This document shows positions 26,766-38,705 of a stretch of DNA of 64,000 nucleotides, in pieces. The notes below the pieces were generated by a model that did not search any database, had not been told where the DNA came from, and worked only from the letters and a program-made list of their open reading frames with translations. The translations under genes were made by a program, and so were the position numbers. How positions within the stretch are numbered: the first letter of the stretch is position 1; each line of letters starts with the position of its first letter. Origin of the DNA: Octopus sinensis (taxonomy: Eukaryota); NCBI RefSeq assembly GCF_006345805.1, contig NW_021832993.1, forward strand, positions 6,216 through 70,215, read 5' to 3'.

Positions 26766-26935
26766 AAATACTCATAGATAGACAGACAGAGAACTGGTTC
26801 TATCTGCCAAATACCCTCGCAAGGCATTAGTCGGTCCGGGTCTGCAGTAGAAGACACTTGCCCAAAGCGGTCCGCAATAGAAGTTGAACTGCAAATCAAG
26901 AAGTTGTGTAGTCAACTTTTAAACCACACAGCCAA
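24935..26935 (-). mobile_element. Old family A SINE whose internal tract is a 1.6-kb minisatellite
   Basis: Head and core at 26790-26935 (ggctgtgtgg...gggcaagtgtcttctactg), 3' domain at 24935-25130, array between them. Confidence 0.7.
25135..26760. repeat. Compound minisatellite (CA)n-C-CACACAGGCATA, unit ~21-27 bp
   Basis: Read directly; roughly 65-70 units estimated from length. Confidence 0.95.
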
Positions 26936-27288
26936 CCTGCACACACACACATGCACGCGCGCGCATTAAATGATTCGGAGGAGAAAAAAAAAAAAAAGAA
27001 CAAATAGAACTTAGTCTACGAATATATTATTTGTAATCGGCTGAAGTCGCAAAAGTGACTTAAGGACCGAAAGTTTCTTACATGGCACTCGTCAATTTCT
27101 CAGATTATATGTGTGTGTGTGTATGCGCGCGCGTGTGCTTGAGTGTGTTTAAAAGATTATTCTTAATAGTTTCTGGGAATAGCACTAATAATAGTAGTTC
27201 TATTAATCAGAATACTTGGTATTTCAGTTGCATACACTCAGAAGTGTGTGAGTATGTGTGCATGTATACATGTATGTGTGTGTCTGTG

Positions 27289-27321
<33 letters not shown>

Positions 27322-27479
27322 TTCCTTGTGTTCTATGTCCTGTACTCTATTTTTTCGTTAAGAAAAATGTCCATTTCCTTGGTTTTGTGTTTATGTTTTC
27401 GTTTCTCATTGTGTTCGACGTTTTTTTGGTGTCCTGTACCCATATATGCATGTATATATACATGTTTTATTTATTAATT

Positions 27480-27491
27480 TGTTATATATAT

Positions 27492-27548
<57 letters not shown>

Positions 27549-27551
27549 TAT

Positions 27552-27587
<36 letters not shown>

Positions 27588-27677
27588 GCGAGTGTGTAAT
27601 ATATGTATATATATATATATATATATACACACACATATATATATATATATATATGCGAGTGTGTATATATATGTAAT

Positions 27678-27728
<51 letters not shown>

Positions 27729-27734
27729 TATATA

Positions 27735-27788
<54 letters not shown>

Positions 27789-27877
27789 GTATATATATAT
27801 ATGTATATATATATGTATGTATGTATATATATATATATACATATATATATATACATATATATATATACATATATATA

Positions 27878-27976
<99 letters not shown>

Positions 27977-27995
27977 CATATATATACATATATAC
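27480..27995. repeat. Long interrupted (TA)n tract
   Basis: Read directly. Confidence 0.95.
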
Positions 27996-27996
27996 A

Positions 27997-29168
27997 TATG
28001 GGGTGTCGCAAAACTCAAATTATAATTTTTTTTTTTTTTAGATTTAACCCATAAGAAATAATGAAGGGAGCGAGACCAAGTTTTTAACAAAGAAAAGTGA
28101 TACAGGAAGTTTGAAAACGCAGTCGAAGTGCAAAGAAAGTTAGGGTGGAGTTTCAAATAGATCCGCCCACACGACTTACCATCACTCGAATAAGAAATGA
28201 TGGAATTGTTCAGAACGTCACCAAAAAACGTTCCGGAAGGCTGCGGACATCGATGACCCCAACAAAGCGAGAAAGGACACTAGAAACATATTCCCAGAGT
28301 TCAAGAAAATTTGTGCAACAAGCGAGTCATAAGATAGGAATTTCAAAATCAAGCGTCCATCTCGTTTGAAATCGCTGTCATTGGAAAATTTACATTCCAA
28401 GAATAATCTATGCTATCAATCAAGATGATCTAGACCAAAGTTTTGTGAGTAGTACCTGCTAATATGTGCAAGAAATGCACACTTTCCAACAAAAATTGTT
28501 TGAAGACTACAGTTAGATTAAATGGCTCAAGTAACCGCCAGAAACGTTTCAACTGGAAATCTTCATATTGAATACAGAAATACATCTTGTTGATTTACCA
28601 GGAGTTACAGTATAGTGCTACTTATCATCAAATGGATTAATCAAATCATTCTTTTTCGATTAGTTGGTCCCATTTACTTGAACTTGCTGTTACAATTTGT
28701 CATGTCAAGCATTCAAAAAGACTTTGAAAATGTGGAGCCAGGCGAGACATTCCCCGTAGTAATGAGATGGTCTACCTTGATGAGATTTTGCTGGAAAGGT
28801 GGACTGGACGAAGTTCAGTAAAGTACTCACTGCGTTCACCATTAGCTTTTTTTATACAGTGATACTTAAAAGACAGCGTTTACAGTATAAAAACAAAAAA
28901 CAACCAACAATCGACCAACTGAAGGCAGCCATTGAACGAGAATGCGCACAAATCCCCGACGAGATTTCTCTTCATGATTGCGATTCCATTGCTTCGCGTT
29001 ATCAGCAATGCCTGGACGAGAACAGTCATCAGTGTCAAAGCACGCGGTCATAAGAAAAATTAAATTTACCCAGTAGATCCTGTTAATTTAAAAAATGGAA
29101 TGTATATTAATAACGCTGATGTTATAATGATTCAGTGTGTCTATGCCATATTTTGGGAGCATCCTAGT
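27997..29168 (+). mobile_element. Degenerate Tc1/mariner-superfamily transposon (DUF4817-type HTH plus DDE)
   Basis: [23 protein letters not shown], and the C-terminal TIDQLKAAIERECAQIP..CLDENSHQ; weak TIRs gggtgtcgcaaaa / ttttgggagcatcc. Confidence 0.75.
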
Positions 29169-29251
29169 AAATACGCAGTGAAGCTATACAATAGCGTCAT
29201 AATTGTATCGATTGCTATTTTCCAGTAAATATTGGTGCCTTGTTGTACCAC

Positions 29252-29395
<144 letters not shown>

Positions 29396-29616
29396 CTGGA
29401 CAGACAGACGCAAGTCAAATGGGCTCCACGTAAGTTGGTATTTTTGTACGTTCAAAAGTGTATATTGACAAATATTTTGTGTTTAAAAGTTGTGCAACAA
29501 CATCCACTGCAAACCTTTGATAAATATCTACACAAAAGTTTGCCCCTTGTGGGCAAAATTTAAAAGAAAAAATTCTCATAGCCTTCGTGGTTTCATTTAG
29601 CCATTTTATTTCCAAA

Positions 29617-31719
29617 ATGGCCACTGGTCACCACGAGGCTGAGGTGCAAGTCAAGCGTGACGCAGAGACAGAAAAACAGGATGCTCTGTTAGCATACGCT
29701 GAACCTGACAAAAAACCCCACCCACCACCATCAACATCGGCAACAGCAACAAATACAAAACAAAGGTCGCAAGGCCAAGCACCGTCAACACCATCAGTGA
29801 GTCCACCACCAACACCGACAACAACACCATGCAGAATCTGCTACTAAACTGCTATCCCTACTAAAGACATCGCCACAATAACAATACCAACATCACCATC
29901 ACCGCCACCAAAGACCGTGCCGTCAATGCTACTAATACCACTAACACCACCGCCGTCACCAAGAACGACAATAAAAACAACAACAACAACAACGACGACG
30001 ACAACAACAATTCCCTTCAACCACTGCTCACTCCATCACCAACAAGTGAAAAAATAACGACGACAAGCAAACGAAATGCCGAAATTTGCGCTAATGCAGG
30101 ACTAAATTACGCAGGCAATTTCCCCCCTTGCTAGTTGCATAATCAGCAACCACAAACCTACAACCACACCCCTGCCATCAACACCAACACCACCGGCAGT
30201 AACAACAATAACAAAACAACAACAACACTCGCCGAGGCGATAAAAGAAAAGGTAACAAAAGTTTCGTTTACTACATAAAGATTAAAGATTGCAGAAACCT
30301 TATTACAAATGAAAACGGAAAAATACTCTTATACATACCTCAACACATACTGAATGAGGAGAAAAAAAAGACAATTGTATATAAAATCACAAATAAAAAA
30401 ACTAAAAGTCCAGAAAAGGCAAGCACAGACAAAGTCGAAAAGTGCTTACGCCCCATCTGGGGATACAAGGATTGTGTGACTTGGGCGAACAAGTTCGCAC
30501 ACGTACAGGTGGTTTTTCAGAATGAAGAGTTGGCGAAGAAATTAAGAACATTCTCAACGATAACCCTTCATACTGATGAACTAACGATGACACCGAGTTA
30601 CCTCGGCCAGAAGGTGACGAAGGTCATTATCAGTGGTGTCCCCCAAGTGACTACAACACTGTGGATAACATCCGCCTTAACATCCGAAATGGAGGACTTA
30701 AACATCCTAGATATCGGTGTTTCGGAAAACAAGGACTGGCTGGGAAAGAGAATAGAGTTCCTCTCCACATAAGTCAAGAGGACATAAATAAAATCCCCAC
30801 CCACGTACATCTTGAGGATGGCCGCAAGTTATACGTAGTAGTCGAGGGCAGAAGGCCACGATGCTATACATGTGGCAGTGAGGCACACCTCAAAAAGGAG
30901 TGCAAATCTGCCGCAAAATTACAACAACAACAGCCACAGGAAAAATCACAAAAGCCAGCATTATTGCCCACACCACAATATGGACAGCTAGTCAAGAAGC
31001 TGTATGCGGAAATGCAGGAAAAACAACAAAGAACAAGCCAACCCAACCAAACAACACCAACACCCCAGCGCAAGAACAGAATCATCACCACCAACAACAA
31101 ATAAACCAATTCCAACTCCAAGAATAACAACGAAGAAGACAAGCACCAAGGATGTAGGAGAGACAATAACCACAACAAACCCCCCAGCAACACCCTCCCC
31201 GCGCACCACAACAATATCTACAACCGCACAAACACACCCAGACGCTTTACCCTTGCCCCCTGCTGATTCATCAGACTTTTCATCTAACGATGAAAGTTCG
31301 ACAGAATGGCAAATAGCCACAGGGGTAAAAGAAAAAGATCAAGAAAAACCAAACAAGAAATCGCAACCAAAGCAGGGAGATACCTGAACCCTGAAAACTC
31401 CATACACAACAAAACAAGCACCAACCCACAAAAACAATGCTATCAGCGATAGACACCAAAGACTCCAAACTAATGGAGTACATCACAGGATACACAAACA
31501 TTTGTGAAGATGACTTTAAAAATAGCAATCATCCACGCACTACACCACCCAAACACATCAAAATACTACACATCACACAACACAACACCACAAACTCAAA
31601 GCCCTCTTCCCAAATGCTGTAGGGGTTTCCAAAAATATCTGTCCCAAAAACTTTATAAAAACCTCCTCGAAGACACATCAAAGAACGAGGAAGCCAAAAC
31701 TTTCGACACAAGTAAGTAA
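29617..31719 (+). pseudogene. Tx1 unit 1 ORF1 (T/P/N-rich, zinc knuckle), disrupted
   Basis: MATGHHEAEV..., WANKFAHVQVVF, and RRPRCYTCGSEAHLKKEC (CX2CX4HX4C). Confidence 0.8.
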
Positions 31720-31769
31720 CTCTCTGTACTTTCCTCTTTGTGTTTTAAAGCACACACCCCAATAGAATC

Positions 31770-34700
31770 ATGGTCAAGATTGGTTGTGTGGAATGCGCGT
31801 GGCTTGGGGTCTCCTTGGAAACAAGGATACCTCCTAAATGACATCAAGTCACATGATTGGGAATCATAGCCATAAGTGAGACCAGACTCCACGAGCCACG
31901 GGCCCTAAAGTCCATGTTTGGCGGACAGTTTAACATTTATTTCGCTCCCTGTCTGCCGAGGATGGGCGGTGTGGCACCGCGGTACTTTTTCACAAGAGCC
32001 TGGATCTCGAAGTCAAGACGATATTCGTAGACCCGGAGGGTAGACTGATCGTTCTGGATGAGGCGACGGCAGCAATGGGTGCGCTTTTCGACTCGTATCA
32101 GTCTACGCACCGCCTTTAACAGGTCGGCCGGATTTCTTTCGACGTCTAGAAGTATTCCTGGGAACGTCTCGTCCTTTACTTTTAGTGGGGGATTGGAATG
32201 CTACTTTGGACACACATCTAGACTACGTGGGGAGAGACAAAAACAGAGACCTGCTCAGACGATTCCAACTGTCTGACAGGTACCGACTCGACCACCCAAA
32301 ATGCACCAACGTGGACATGGAGCAACCGCAGTGGGTCGTCGAGATCGTATCTAGATAGGATACTGTGTAGGACGTAGACAAGGATAACTTAGGATGTCCA
32401 CAATTCCACACAGTCAGCTACACGGATCACAAATTGGTGACGTGTACGCTAGACTTAGATAAGGCACATAGACAGGGTCCTGGGTACTGGAAACTGAACG
32501 CATCATTCCCGTCCAGACAAGTTTCAGAGACCGGATTAGCACACTAGTAAAGAGGGCTTTGACGGGAGCCATCATCAACAACAAATGGTGGTTTGCCCTC
32601 AAGAGAGCAGTAAAAGCAGAAGCGATTAGGACAGCAAAGCACTAGCCATAGATAGAAATAGAGTAGAGGGTGAGCTAGTTAAGAAGCTAGAAGAGGCAAT
32701 TAGAAGCGGCATCGCATCCGACGTTTTTGGCGGCGAGGTTGGCCCTCGACCAACACTTCAACGCCAAACACGAAGGATGTGCTGTCAGAGCTAGGATGCG
32801 TGCTCTAAGGAACGAAGGTGTTGGAGCCGCGAGAGAGGCCCGGGTGGCAGAGGCGCAACAGGGCAACAAAGCCACCATTCGGTCACTGGTAGATGAACGG
32901 GGCGCGAATTGCTCGAGCCAAGTAAAATGTGTGAGGCCTTTCAGCAGCATTTTGCCCGCTGTTCGGGACGAGTGGGGGCAAGAACGTAGGGTGGACTTCA
33001 GTGCCTACCTACATAGCCTGCCACGACTCTCGACAAGAAAGGCAGGGTGCTGCGAAGGTGCCATCACGGCGGCGGAAGTGCAGGAAGCGATGGCAGAATG
33101 CTCGAGGGACAAATCACCGGGTTGGATGGTCTACCCTACGAGTTTTACAATTGTATGCCAGACTTGTTTGGAGACGTCTTGGCAGCGGTATACTGCAACT
33201 GGCAGCAAAACGGGAGCATACCCGTTTTGTGAGTCGAGGAGCGGTAACTCTGCTGAAGAAAGATCCAAACAAGGGAAACATTATAGATAACTTTAGGCCA
33301 ATCACTCTGCTCAATGCAGACGTGAACATTTTGACAAAGGTGTTAGCCAAGAGGTTGGCGCTTGTCATCGAGAAACTGGTCGACAACGCACAAACGTGCG
33401 CCGTTCCGGGCCGGAGCATCCATGACAACCTCCATCTGATGCGATACATCATAGACAGGGTAGTTAACGAACCTGGCATGGGTGGGGCCCTGATCAACTT
33501 GGATCAATCGAAAGCCTTTGATAGGGTAGACCATCGATACTTGGAGGCAGTCCTGAGAGCGGCTGGTTTCGGTCCCGTCTTCCGCGGCTGGATAGCTGCC
33601 TGTACAGAGGCATCCGTTCGGTAATTCGCGTAAATGGACATCTATCGAGACCTTTCGACATTGCACGTTCGGTCCGTCAGGGATGCCCCCTCTCGGCGCT
33701 TCTATACGTATTGACTCTTGAGCCACTACTGCGGAAGCTGGCGACTCTGAGGGGCATCCCGCGAGAATTAGGATGCGGGAGGAGCGTGTCTGCATACGCG
33801 GACGACGTCACCGTCATAGTGTCAAGCCACACGCACATCGAGCGGGTCGGCGAGACACTAAAAGACTACGAAGCGGTGACAGGAGCAAAAATCAACCGGG
33901 AAAAGTCAGTGGGCTTGCGGCTCGGCACCTGGAGAAGCAAGCCCATGCCGTCCACCAGTACCTCCGTCGTGGGACGCTGGACAGACGGCCCGGTCAAGTT
34001 GCTCGGGGTCTGGTTCGGTCCGGACCTCCAAATGGAGAAGAACTGGAACGAGATAACAAGTAGGGTGGTTACTCTCGCCCAGCAATGGGCCGAGAGGAAA
34101 CTGTCCCTAAAAGGTCGGGCGGAGGTGGCGAACGCGTACATCGCGTCCATCATCTACTACCGCTTGACCGTCGTACCTTGTCCCGACCCTACCATAACCA
34201 AACTAGAACGCATCCTCTTCCGCTTCTTGTGGAAAGGATGCGTCCCGATGATCAGGCGATCCATTTGCTGTCAACACCCGTTAAAAGGAGGGCTGGGCAT
34301 GCCGTGGTTGATGATGCGCAGACACGCGCTGAGACTGCGACATCTCTGGCTCTATGTAGACGACGGTGACCAGTTGTGGTCGCCGTTTGTGAGGCACGCT
34401 TTCCCGCAACTCGTCTCCATGACCGAACTGCAGTCGTGGATCAAAAAGAGGCCGAGGAAGGGCGAATGGCACCGCGAGTGTCGCGTTGCTCTCAAGCAAC
34501 TCTGCCGTCCCGGGTCGACCTTGAGTGACTTCACACACCAAAGCATTCTATAGGGGATTAGTGGAAGGGAGGTACGACGACGATCTCGGGGCAAACCTGG
34601 GCGTCGACGAGGAATACCTGACCCGCCTGTTTCAAAACGACTTTCGGCCCGGGACCTATGGATAACTTCCAGAGATCCTGGCCTGGCGGTGCTACCGAGA

Positions 34701-35148
34701 AGCGCTACCCGTTCGGGATAAGCTCTATAGGCATGGCTCGAGAAACACGGGGCCGACCTGCCTGAGATGCGGGCAGAGCGACGAAACCGCTCTGCACGCA
34801 ATCGTGCAGTGTCCCAGCAATTTCCGACTTGTGGACTTATGTCGAACGACTGCTGTCACGTATGGGACGTGTCGGTTATCAGCAGAGTCTATCGTTAATA
34901 TCGTCACGGCCTCCTTCCTTCAAACGGGAAGGAAGTGCTATTTTTTATCATACTTGTGGCTATGGCGAAAGAATGTATCTGGTGGACCGCGCCTGAAAGG
35001 ATTAGAGACAAACACTTTCCTCTCTGGTCAATCTCTCATCAACTTCTTCAAGTATCACTTGAAGAGGAAAGTGAGAGTAGAGAGGCAAGTTTTGTCTAGT
35101 GAATGTTTTAAAAAAAGATGGGTGAATGTAGCAAGGAGGCACGTATGA
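31770..35148 (+). pseudogene. Tx1 unit 1 ORF2 (APE-RT), disrupted
   Basis: NARGL..SET, GDWN, GPGYWKLN, NFRPITLLNAD, DQSKAFDRVDH, VRQGCPLS, AYADDV and C-terminal CLRC..ETALHAIVQC. Confidence 0.92.
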
Positions 35149-35548
35149 TGACGAAGCCACTTGACTATGATTTTATGAACCATAAAAATTAATACAGAGA
35201 GTTGCTTATTTGCAAGAAAAAAAAAAAAAAAGAAATATAAACATGTGACTTCATTGACCGAGGTTACCGTGGTCTTTTCCGTAGGCTTTTCTTTCCACAG
35301 GTAAACCTCACCTGTCCTCCCCTTACACTTCAATTGACATTTCTGTGATAACGATCCCTATTGATCAATTTTTTTCTTCCCCCGTTTTTAAATCCCCCCT
35401 TTTTTTTGTCCTCTTTCTATCCTTTTACGATCCCTTTTGATCGAAAACTCCCCCTCTTTTTTTTTTTAACCTTCAAAAGAAAAGCTCTACCTTGTAATGT
35501 GTTTTATCTGTGTGCAGCCTGTGTGGCTAATAAAGAAACATATCTATC

Positions 35549-37236
35549 CATTACGGACGGCTGTCACTTCGGCTCCGAAGGTAATCGTTTATTTTGACTA
35601 TTTATTGCCCATATTTTGTGTACATTTTGTAAAAAGGTGTGTAAGGCACCCAACTTTCGTTTGAGTGCTTTTCCGAGGGAGGAATTCGCCCTAGGGGCAG
35701 TTTCAACCCTATTAAGTTGTGTAATTTTTTCTCGACATTTTGAAAATGTCGAGAATTGTATTGTAGAACGCTGCTCGGTTCCTTATCGACCAACATTTTC
35801 CTAGTCTGGAAACGCTAGGAGAAGAAAAAGAACTCATGCACGCAAAGTGCAAACCTGAATGACGTGATAGTGAATGCTGCAACCACTTGCGATAACAGCA
35901 CTGTCACCACCACCACTAACAACAACAACAACGAGACTACTACTGCTACCACCACCGCCCACCACCACCGCCACCTCATCCACTACCTCAACTACCAACA
36001 ACAACAAGAATAACAACAATTGCGCCACCATTTCGACATCTGCTGCCACGGCTGTCTCTTCTGCCACTGACACCACTGCCAAAACCAACACAAAACAACA
36101 ATAACACAACAACAATTCCGTTCAGACCTGTTTCCTCCAACAACAAGAATGAAGGGAATAAAGAAAAGACTGTGACCACCAACAAATTGACAAAAGCTGC
36201 TCGAACACAGGGACAAACTACGCAAGTAATTTTCCACCCCTTCCCACTTGCACAATCAAACCAAATACACCGATTTTACCAAGTGCAGCCAACAACAACA
36301 TCACCAATAGCGACAACAATAACAAAACGACAGCAAATTTCGCCGAGGCGATAAAAGAAAAAAAGACAACAGTATATTTTACTGCACAGCAGATAAAAGA
36401 TACGAAAATTTTAATAACGGAAGTAGATGGTATAGTAAAATTAAACATACCACAAGAAATATTAGAAAATGAAAAAAAGAACTATTATATATAAAATAAT
36501 TAATAAGAAAACAAAAAGTCCAGAGAAGGCTAACACAAGCAAAATCGAAAAATGCTTGAAACCCATCTGGAACTACAAAGAGTATGTGGACCTGGTGGAA
36601 CAAGTTCGCATACATACAAGTGGTCTTCCACACTGAAGAGTTAGCAAGACGTTCTCAACGCTACTCTTCATTCAGATGAACTGACTTTAACACCAAGCTA
36701 TCGTGGACAGAAAGTGACTAAGATCACTTTAAACAATGCCCCCCAAATAGTGAACAATCTATGGCTAGTAAAGGCCTTATGTGTGAAAAGGAAGATTTCA
36801 CAATTTTATAAACTACGGTCACGGAACCCAAAACTGGGTGGAAAAAAAGAGTAGAATTTCTACTACACATAAACCAAGATGACATAAAGAAAATACCCCC
36901 AGATATGTGTATCAGAAGACCACAAGTTGTATGTGGTCGTCGATGGCAGAAGACCACGTTGCTACATATGCGGCAGTGATCAACACCTAAAAAAGATTGC
37001 AAATATGCCGCAAGAAAACAACAGCAACAACAACAGCAGCGGAAAAACAAATAAACCAGCTTACTACCCACACCACAATTGGTACAAACAGGACTAATCA
37101 CAGAAAATCAACAAAAAACAAACCTCACCAACCAAACAACCACCAAACTGCACCAAGAACAGAAACAACACCAACAACAACAACCAAGAATAAACCAACT
37201 CCCAAACCAAGGACATCTGCCCAAAAGACACTCATC
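35549..37236 (+). mobile_element. Tx1-like unit 2: 5'UTR plus 3'-truncated ORF1, no ORF2
   Basis: Starts right after the unit 1 tail; NFAEAIKEK, WNKFAYIQVVF, and RPRCYICGSDQHLKK; broken at gacactcatc. Confidence 0.85.
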
Positions 37237-38673
37237 CGCCCCTAGGGGCAGTTTCAACCCTAATTAAATTGTAATTTTATTGTCGAACGCTGGTCAAATT
37301 CCTTCATGGACCAGCATTTCCCTAGCCTTGAAACGCTAGGAGAAAAAAAGAACTCCTGCACGCACACACATTCGAATAGAATAGACATGACCAGCAAGAC
37401 ATCAAAGACAAACCTGAGTGACGTGGAAGTGAACGTTGCAACCACTTTCGTTAACAGCCCTGTCACCACAACCACCACCAACAACAACAACGAGACTACC
37501 ACGGCTACCACCACCACCACCAACATAAATGATAAAAATGGAACTGACACAAACACCATTAACAACAACAACAATAACAACAACAAAAATGAAATAGATA
37601 TTTTATCATCCATTAGCGAAGATAATATTAACATAACAGACACAACAGTACCTGAAAAAGCCACGTCCAAGAATATTTCGGATACAACAACAAAAACACA
37701 CAACAACTGCCAGAATAGAACTGAATTTCGCTGACACCCTGCGTCAGAAAAAAGAAATAATTAAATTTACAAATGAAGAGTTGATAGAAACAAGAGCACT
37801 CTTCACAACCTCAGGGCAGGATTTAGTATTGCATACACCTCAACACATAAAGGAAATAGAAAAACAAAACGATTATATATAAAATTATAAAAAGCAAACA
37901 AAAAACAAAATGAACAGATAACAAAAACGGACATAGAAAAGTGTGCAAAAAACATAATAAAAAAAAAGGATATATAAACTAGGGTCCCCAGTTTAATACA
38001 GTGGTGGTCCGCTTCCCTAACCAGGAGTGGCAAAAGCTCACTTACGGAGACTACAAAATGATGAAATCATCATGATTCCGTATTACAAAGGACAAAGAGT
38101 GAGCAAAATTAGAATTAAAAATGTCCCAACAGATATACCACCCAAATGGATAACATCGGCGATATGTTACCATTAAAAAACGATAAATATATTAGAAATC
38201 ACCGTGTACAAAAATGACAATTGGGGTGGTAAAACAATAGAGGTTACTATCCAGATTGATGGGTCCTCTATCGAGAACCTACCTGATAGGATTCATTTAG
38301 AAAATGGGCAAAGCCTATATGTTGTAGCAGAAGGGAAAAGCCAAGATGCTACAACTGTGGCAGTCCAGAACATTTAATTGCGAAGTGCGTTCTAGGACAG
38401 AAAAAACAAGAAAGAACAAATCAGAAAACAAATAAAAAACCCTTGTTACCAACACCAACACCACACTCAATTATGGAACAATGCCAAGAAAAAACAAAAA
38501 CCCAACAACATCACCAAGAAAAAACAGCACCAACACAATTAACCGTTGACGTCGCAACCAATTAAAGATACTGAACCAACACCAGCACCATGGACGACAA
38601 TTAAAAAACAAAACAGTGACGAGAAGACAAATTCTACCCCTAACACCACAACAACACAATCACCGCACAAAAC
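37237..38673 (+). mobile_element. Tx1-like unit 3: partial 5'UTR plus ORF1 fragment of a second subtype
   Basis: Begins at cgcccctaggggc; aatttcgctgacaccctgcgtc and downstream ORF1 are collinear with unit 5. Confidence 0.8.
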
Positions 38674-38705
38674 TATGTCGTTTAGAAGTGACTTGATGTC
38701 GTTTA

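Larger units (their letters stand above)
29396..35548 (+). mobile_element. Tx1-like (L1 group) non-LTR retrotransposon, unit 1, near full length but frameshifted
   Basis: 5'UTR, ORF1 with a CCHC knuckle, ORF2 with APE, RT and CCHC, then a 3'UTR with AATAAA at 35529 followed by tatctatc. Confidence 0.93.

Noticed and set aside
27044-27085. Hairpin AAGTCGC-aaaa-GTGACTT followed by GAAA
   Set aside because: No catalytic core consensus; a short hairpin is expected by chance.
31705-31720. Splice-donor-like CAA|GTAAGT at ORF1 ends (also ~46300)
   Set aside because: It coincides with the ORF1 stop codons, and there is no evidence for an intron.
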